Assembly (NCBI GenBank): GCA_951406725.2
Contig: OX597822.1
Coordinates: 44,144,001 to 44,208,000 of the forward strand
Length of the DNA stretch: 64,000 bases
Source of the DNA: Octopus vulgaris
Taxonomy: Eukaryota
Direction: 5' to 3'
Made by a program: the position numbers and the translations under genes. Shown in pieces: positions 55,238 through 64,000 of the stretch. The notes under the pieces are model-generated. The model had not been told where the DNA came from and made no database searches. It saw nothing but the letters and a program-made list of their open reading frames with translations. Numbering within the stretch: position 1 is the stretch's first letter; every line of letters begins with the position of its first letter.

Positions 55238-56018
55238 ATATTTGTGTGAGTGTGCGTGTGTGTGTGTGTGTATGTGTGTGTGTATATATGTATGTATACA
55301 CATAAAATTTGATTAGCTTAAAAGCTATTTGAAATATAGTAATATAAAGAGTGAATCAGTAAAAATAATTTGCATACGAATTGAAATCTACTTCTCTACT
55401 GTGTAATCCCAATACTCACACATACAAGCACACACACATACACACACACATACGCGCATATACGCATACATGCACCTACATACATACACATACTCATGTC
55501 TCTAACAGCGATTATGTTCATAAAACTATTATTACATTAATTTTGTTATCAATGTGTAAATAATACGTATTCTTGGTTGCATATATATATATATATGGTT
55601 GTGTACATATTCGTTTGTAAATATATATATATATGAAACTGTGTGTATGTACGTATGTGTGTACGAGTGTACCAGTGCTGTGTGAAGTGAAGTGGATAAA
55701 GAGTTAATAGGACATTTTGAGGGGAAGAACAACATATTCTACTGTACAATATTCACACTCCATTAGCGATAAATGCTTTAATTTGACCACGCTTCATTTC
55801 AGATGTGTTAGCTGCTTGCTGTTGTGTGTTTATACATGATATTTATATGTCGGAATTACATCTTCTGTTATATAAAGTATGTTCTTATCTGACTTCTGTC
55901 TGCACATCTTTGTGGCTATCTCTGAAATTATTTTCCTCTCTTTTACATTAATTATACAGGCATACATACACACATACATACATACATACATACATACATA
56001 CATACATACATACATACA

Positions 56019-56050
<32 letters not shown>

Positions 56051-56255
56051 CACACCTTACTTTCTGGTATATAAGTTAACGTAGTGTATGGCGTAAAGCT
56101 GTCGTGCGAACATTCAAACCTCGCCATTATCGTTTAGAATCCTGCTGCGTTCCCGTTGATGTTTAACTCAACCAATCCATTTTACCCGTAAATTTCGGTC
56201 TGAAATATTCGACTTCTATGCAATGAATGTATACGTATACATTCACACACACGCG

Positions 56256-56339
<84 letters not shown>

Positions 56340-57045
56340 AACACACACACACACACGTATATATTTAAACTTTAAAAGAGTTAAAATATGTCTATGGCAT
56401 GTGAGCTTCTACAGAAAAATTCACTGAATATACCACGGAGAAAAATTCCTCTCATTTGGTAAAAAGTGTAAAAACGCCATATCTGCCCATTGCTTCCCCG
56501 CTATAGGATTCTCGAGACGTGTATGTATGCATATATACTCAAATACATATGCATGTATGTGTGTGTGTTTGTTGTTTTATGGGATGATTCAACGGAAAAT
56601 TGCCTGACGACGCTGTGACATTCTCAGGAGAAACAGAAAGAATAGAGAAAATAGGCGTGTATATATCTGAAAATAATCTTCCGGGCCATTCAGATGTTTC
56701 TACAGCTTGTCTCATTCACTGCTGACAAAAAACACGCCTTCCTTAGTAATGCTTGTTATATTCCTTATATCTCGCTATATGAAGCAATTGATTATGAGAA
56801 AGTAGAATATGAACGATCAAGCGTATAAGCAATGAATGTGGACAACAATGAATATGAACAACTCAAAAATAACTATTTTGCTCAGGTATTAAGGAATATA
56901 TTGAATTAAAACAGCTAAAACACTTCGGAGGGCTGACATGGTAGATATATGAATTTTGAAAGGGAGACATAATTTTAAAAGCGCGGTATCAAGACGTCGA
57001 CACATATACACACGTGTGTGTACCTGTATACATGCATTTATATAT

Positions 57046-57099
<54 letters not shown>

Positions 57100-57163
57100 G
57101 TGTATATATATATATATATAGCAATAATAATTCTCTAAAAGAGATATAGACAGTAACTGCTCG

Positions 57164-57421
57164 ATAACATAAGGGACTAAAGCCATCTGAATATGGCTAG
57201 GGACAGGGCAGGGTGGTGGGGGTGTTACTGTTGCATTTAGCCCCAGGCGAACATCGACGTCACCAGAAAGGCTCGACACCGTCACGGTGCCCGGGCACCG
57301 TGACGGTGTCGAGCCTTTCTGGTGACGTCGATGTTCGCCTGGGGCTAAATGCAACAGTAACACCCCCACCACCCTGCCCTGTCCCTAGCCATATTCAGAT
57401 GGCTTTAGTCCCTTATGTTAT
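57164..57421. repeat. Perfect 258-bp palindrome with no spacer, centred on CCC|GGG
   Basis: The 129-bp arms are exact reverse complements; the ORF track shows the same peptide on both strands. Confidence 0.97.
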
Positions 57422-57442
57422 ATATATATATATATATATATA

Positions 57443-57880
57443 CTAGCAGATATACCAGGTGTTGGCCGAGTCACATCGAATTGAAGAATTATACTTTTCT
57501 TTTATATCGTCTCTAATGAACTGGAATACCTGTGATACGAATTTCATCAAAATTGGAGATTAAGAATTTTAACGAGGGTTCTTTCCCTCTTTACACACCC
57601 TAACAAAAATTCTAATCATGACATATTTATCTCATACTACTCATCTTTATGTTCAGTTTCCAAAATCCATATCTTATGAACTCCTGGAAAATGGAGCATA
57701 TGGAGTACATGGAGCGCTAAAATGTGGGAGTGAAGGCCCCTATTGGGGAGGGGATCTTAAAGTCAACCAGAGAAGTTGAATTGTTGGGAATCTTTTTTCA
57801 ACCTTGGTCTTATATCTATTGTTCAAATTTCTTTGAAATTGGAAATATATGAATGTTCACTGGGTTTTGTTTATGTATAT
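57443..57880 (-). mobile_element. Possible old non-autonomous Helitron
   Basis: TACTAGCAG..ACCAGGTGTTGGCCGAG resembles the CTAG end plus hairpin of the 31073 family; the other end is unclear. Confidence 0.4.
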
Positions 57881-58085
57881 ATGTATTATGCATGTATGTA
57901 TGTACGTATGTGCATACATCATGCTGCCTCTTTGTGATTATCTGTAGCAGTAGTTACACACTCGCCCAATCTTCCCTTCATAAATACTAATCTCTCGCGC
58001 TCTCTTTCTTTCTTTTTCTCTCTTTCTCTCTGTCTCTCTGTCTCTCTTTCCCCCTTTCCCTCCCTCCTATCTCTCACTCTCTCTT

Positions 58086-58121
<36 letters not shown>

Positions 58122-58664
58122 ATTCTCACTCGCCCAACTTTAGAGGATCCGTTCCGCTTTTGATAAATTTAGTTCTTTCTTTCTTTCTTTTTGCTTCTTT
58201 CTTTCCATCTTTCTTTTTGTCTTTCTTTCATATTTTCATTCTTCCTTCCTTTCTTTTTATCTTCCTTTCTCTCTTTCATTCTTTCATTCATTCTTTCTTT
58301 CTTTTTTCTGTCGTTCCTCCATTACAGGATACACCTTCCCTCATTCTTTCTCTCGATTTATTCAGTCTGTCCGTCTCTTTCTCTCGCCCGCTCTCTCGCC
58401 CGCTCTCTCCCCCTGTCTCTCTCCCTCTTTCTTGCCCTCTCCTTTATAAATGATGTGCTTAAAAATAAAGCGAAATTGAAATTATTGATGATAATGCCTA
58501 TGATGATGATGATGGCAATGATGATGTCGAGAATAAAGAGACAGAGGAGGAGGAGGAGATGGCTGATGTTGACAGGGATGATGAGGAGGGGTGGAGAAGG
58601 AGGGGGAATATAGCGGCGGTGATAAATGATGAGGAGGAGAAGGTGTATAGCACTGATGATAATG

Positions 58665-58666
58665 GA

Positions 58667-58735
<69 letters not shown>

Positions 58736-58736
58736 T

Positions 58737-58770
<34 letters not shown>
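58665..58770. repeat. (ATG)n microsatellite within a wider degenerate tract
   Basis: Directly visible. Confidence 0.97.
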
Positions 58771-58771
<1 letters not shown>

Positions 58772-59169
58772 ATGATGTCGACGATGATGATGACGACGGT
58801 GATGATGATGGTAATCGTGATTGTGATACTGGTATAAATGACGAATGATGACGCTATATGATTATGTTGATGATGATGACAATGGTGATGATAATGCTGA
58901 TGATAATGATGGAGAATATTGATAACGTTTCTGACACTCATAATAATTTATCATCACCGTTATCGTCATCGCAGTCGTCACTGTTGTCACCATCATCGTC
59001 GTCGTCGTCGTCGTCATCATCAACATCATCATAATCATCATCTTCCTGATCAGGATGTACACTGTATTCCTAAACCACCCGTTTTTGTAAGCGATATTGC
59101 GTTATGTGGGAGAAGGTCAGACAGCCTGACTGTTCAGATTGAAACAGTAGAAGTATATACATATATATG

Positions 59170-59251
<82 letters not shown>

Positions 59252-59261
59252 TATATGTGCA

Positions 59262-59297
<36 letters not shown>

Positions 59298-59309
59298 TGT
59301 ATGTATATA

Positions 59310-59515
59310 AAGTTAATCCAAACATGAAATTACAAAGAGAAAACACTACAACGCGAGGACGTGGAACAAGTATAGCGTTATTGGACGCTGAGGAAAAGAA
59401 AGAAAAAGGATTTAACGTTTCGAGAGAAGCTCTTCGTCAGAAACATAGAAAAAGGAAAGATCCAAGGAAGGGAAGATGGAGGGAAAAAATCGCCAGCGAT
59501 ACACACGCGGTCACA
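59310..59515 (-). mobile_element. Short (TA)n-associated PLE-terminus-like (retrozyme-like) element
   Basis: Contains the hammerhead motif; its 3' end (TTGTTCCACGT...GTTTGGATTAA) matches 33395-33466; same architecture as 54810-54997. Confidence 0.6.
59411..59443 (-). ncRNA. Minimal type I hammerhead ribozyme motif
   Basis: Minus strand UUU-CUGACGA-A-GAG CUUCU CUC-GAAA-CGUU-AAA: both core boxes canonical, with the short palindromic stem III (ACGU) seen in PLE-associated hammerheads. Confidence 0.65.
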
Positions 59516-59782
59516 TATTGAATGACCGGAAGAGAATTATATTATATATATATCTATATATATAAACATGTATGTATCGTTTTACTGTAAGTTGTGTTGT
59601 GGACGCTTTACAGACACTCACACCTACATACAAACATACATACCTATATGCATACGAAAATACCGTTGTTGATGTTGAAATTCCAATGAAGGAGCCTGAG
59701 ATCTAGATTAGAAACCGGCTCTTTCTCTATTGACGGGAAATCTTGAAAACAAAAACAGAATAATGACATACATACTCATGCA

Positions 59783-60154
59783 TACGAGGGTGTTCTTTGA
59801 GCCAGTTCTTCAGTACAGTTTCACTTCCTCGTCACGGGAATAATTTAGCGCCTTCAGGCTATCATATTTTCGGCCCCATGAAAGAGGGTTTGAGAGGCAA
59901 ACATTATTCCAGTGATGAAGAAGTGGAAACTATAGTGAAGAAGTGGCTCAAAGAACAATCAGCAGAACGGGGCAGGGATACATGCTCACATTCGAAGGTG
60001 GAACATTGGTATTGTGAGAAACGGTGACTATGTTGAGAAGTAGGGATGTAATACACAGAGGACCTGCTTCCTTTTGATGCATGATACATATTCCTGTGTT
60101 GGTAATTATACCTGTCCTAAACAAAATAGCATTACTTTTTGACTCACCCTCGTA
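59783..60154 (+). mobile_element. Internally deleted mariner element with transposase C-terminal remnant
   Basis: Ends TACGAGGGTG / CACCCTCGTA; NLAPSGYHIFGPMKEGLRGKHYSSDEEVETIVKKWL (YSPDLAPSD region) and RWNIGIVRNGDYVEK*. Confidence 0.9.
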
Positions 60155-60261
60155 TACACCTACATGCATACATGCATACATGCATAGATATATACATACA
60201 TACATACATACATATGCCCATTTCTGTCCTGTAGTTTGTATCTGAGAAGCTATGAATGTTT

Positions 60262-60486
<225 letters not shown>

Positions 60487-61221
60487 AGCACAACATTTTA
60501 AGCAACCGGCACTAACGACGCTTTTATGTCGTTCAGCACATGAATAAGAATTTATTTATTACGACGACGGCGATGCTGCTGCTACTGCTGCTGCTACTGC
60601 TGCTGCATCTACTAACGATGATGATGATGATGACGATGACGACGACCACGATGACGATGCTGCAACTCCTACTGCTGCTACTGCATCTACTGACGACGAC
60701 GATGATGATGATGATGATGATCATGATGAAGATGATCATGATGAAGGGTGATAATGCCGAAGAAGATACTACACCGCATCCACTGGGACACACATCATTA
60801 AGTCTTTGCTCGATCGAACAGATCGAAAGCCTATTTCACACTTGACTGATATGTCATTCGATGATCTTCCGCCGCCCCGCCCCGCCCCGCCCAGCACCCC
60901 CACGCTCCCACTTCCCTCCCTCCCTCCCTCCCTCCATCATCTCATCCTTCCCACCCACCTCTCGCGTCCAACCTACAATCCATCTTGCAGCCCCTCCTCC
61001 ACACACACACACACGCACACACACCCAAACCCATTCCCATACCCAGCTAATGATGTAAGACAGTGTTGATTCCAGCGGGATTTTTAGTCTGTGAGAATCG
61101 AAAAACTTTATATTCCTTGCTGTTGTAGTAGTTGTTGTTGTTGTTGTCGTTGTTGATTACGTAGAGATCAGACTCGATCGACTAGTTTTATGATTAAAAG
61201 TTCTCCAAATGTGACCATCCC

Positions 61222-61878
<657 letters not shown>

Positions 61879-62434
61879 GGTATCCAGTTCACTTACTGTT
61901 TCTTTATTTTTAGATTGATTTGTAGGGGATTATGGCCTAAATTTTTCAGTGCGTGTATGTGAGTGCCTCTGTGTGTGTGTTTGTGTGTATGTATTTGTGT
62001 ATGTGTGAGTGCGTGCTTATGTACGAGACTGAGTGTATGTGTTTATGTGTGACTGTGCGCATGTGTATTTGAGTGCATGTGTGTGAATGCGCGCGTATGT
62101 GTGTTACTACGTGTGAGTGTGTGTGTGTTTATGTGTTAGTGCGCGCGTGTATGTAACTACGTGTGTGTGCTTATGTGTGTGACAATGTGTGAGTGTGCGC
62201 GCATGTATGTGAGTGCATGTGTGTGTATGTGAGTGCATGTGTGTGTATGTGAGTGCGCGTGTATGTATGTAACTGTGTGTGCTTATGTGCGCGCGTGTGT
62301 TTGTAAGTGCATATATGTATATATATGTGTGCCTGTGTGTATGTGTGATTGCGCGTGTATGTCAGTGCGTGCGCGTGTGTGTGTACGTGTCTGTGTGTGC
62401 GTTTCCCATATTTTTTCAGTAAGAACCGATTGTA

Positions 62435-62827
62435 TCTTTATATATAAAAGAAAGGTTGTGTGTCTGTCTACTCCGATTTAGATTCCTAACTACTCCCACA
62501 TTTTGCGGTGCAGTTTAACCAAAACCGGATATCTTATAGTCGTGATTCATATCAAGCCCTTCTGGGTATTAGCGCGCATCTACGATGAGTCTACGATTTT
62601 AAAAATAATTTACCATCATTTTCTTCCATTTTAATGCATATTTTTTAATATAAGGGAAGTAACTCTCTAAAAATGTCTACGACGAGTCAACGATTTAAAA
62701 AAAAATCTACCATAATTTTTTTTTCCATTTTTAATGCATTTTTTGCTATTTTTTGGCTATAACTCTCTAAAAATGCTTTATAGCTATTTCCCTTACAAAC
62801 CCGAGCAACGCCGGGCGATACTGCTAG
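62435..62827 (+). mobile_element. Non-autonomous Helitron, same family as 31073
   Basis: A|TC...CCCGAGCAACGCCGGGCGATACTGCTAG|T; internal duplication of about 95 bp. Confidence 0.88.
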
Positions 62828-63221
62828 TATGTGATAAATGGGAAATTTAGCTATTGCTTCATGCTTGTTGGAAGGCTACGAACATTTTGTCATTTCACCA
62901 CGACAAAGTGATGTCAGCGGTGATAAAACTGGAACAAAGAACCTATTGCATTACAATGCAATACTACAAGATATCACTCGACCAGAAACCTACCATCCTC
63001 TGCAATTCCTAGTGCACTCATTAACAAAAACATTAATTTCTAATTAATCTCAGAGGACATTCCTTTGAAGGATGAAGTGCACTTAGTACTTTATTAGAAG
63101 CAAGCGGTCCAATAAAGACTAATGAAACTTGTATTTATATTTAAATTTACTGCGGCAATAATAAAATTCAGGACATGGCAGTGTTGTTATGGAGTTTGTA
63201 GCCATGACATGGTTTCAAGTT

Positions 63222-63470
63222 AATATTACTGCACGGCATCTTGTGATAGATTTCGAATCATATTGTACTGCACCTTGTAAAGAACATTCTGTCTTACTGC
63301 ATGGCAACTTGTAAACAAAGATGTCCGACATCTTGCAAAAAGAGTTCTATCTTATTGCACTGCATCTTGTGAAAAGCGTTCTGTCTTACTGCACGGCAGC
63401 TTGTAAAACGTGTTCTATCTGATTCTCTGACATCTTGCCAAAGGAGTTCTGTCTTATTGCACGACATATT
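63222..63470 (+). repeat. Degenerate minisatellite, unit about 35 bp
   Basis: TTCT(G/A)TCTTA(C/T)TGCAC(G/T)GCA(T/G)CTTGT recurs about seven times with variation. Confidence 0.75.
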
Positions 63471-64000
63471 ATAAAAATAGTTATATCTTATTGCTGGGTA
63501 TTTTGTCAAAAATGCATTGCAGCATCGAGGCAGCAGGTTGGCATAGTATTTATATTGATGGATAGAATGCAGATAGATATTTGTTCTGATTCTCTTCGTC
63601 CTGGGCTCAAATCACATTGAGGTAGAATATTCTTTGTTGGGGATAAATAAATACCAGTCCAGGGCTGTTGGTTGATGAGATGGTATGAAGGTTGGATCAA
63701 GTGTTTTGCAATGTTTGTTCGGCTTCCTGGTTTCGTTTCCTGATATGGACCTTAAGGATAGTAAACTTAATCCGTCGTCTGGTTTAATACCATCTCTAAC
63801 ACCTTGTATCTTGAATACTTTTAGCGGAGTTCAACTTATTGCAAGTATTTGGGTCGGATCTCCTGCTTGAGGATTAATTGTAGAATATTGCTCTCAAATT
63901 TTGTCACATGACTAGAAATTTCGAGAAGGGCTTTAGTCGATTACATCGATCCCAGCGCTCAACTGATATTTATTTTTACGACTCCGAAAGGCTGAAAGGC

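Noticed and set aside
56989-57446. Identical peptides on both strands
   Set aside because: A consequence of the perfect palindrome, not a gene pair.
63222-63470. CRISPR-like array
   Set aside because: Degenerate units without unique spacers, in eukaryotic context; a minisatellite.

Overview
This is AT-rich, extremely microsatellite-dense eukaryotic non-coding DNA. The SINE families, the 5S sequence and the (AT)n/(CA)n/(GATA)n/(ATAC)n load point to an octopus (cephalopod) genome; that is an inference from recalled repeat families, not a search. I can support no host protein-coding gene, and nearly all ORFs in the track are translated microsatellites. The window is a layered record of mobile DNA: three tRNA-derived SINE families, decayed Penelope-like (GIY-YIG), RTE and R4/Dong retrotransposons, Tc1/mariner, pogo/Tigger and hAT non-autonomous elements, and two copies of a non-autonomous Helitron. 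Five things stand out. (1) A nearly intact 5S rRNA sequence without a terminator is fused to a SINE/LINE-type 3' tail, a probable 5S-derived SINE. (2) Fold-back palindromes anchored in (TA)n recur, including a perfect spacer-less 258-bp palindrome and a 1.3-kb palindrome containing nested palindromes of a related family. (3) Minimal hammerhead-ribozyme motifs occur in short (TA)n-anchored elements, one of which shares its terminus with the 1.3-kb palindrome. (4) An RTE LINE 3' end encodes three C2H2 zinc fingers. (5) An internally deleted Tigger element keeps an intact mini-ORF. Family names come from remembered motifs and need confirmation against Dfam/Repbase/Rfam; coordinates of degenerate elements are approximate.
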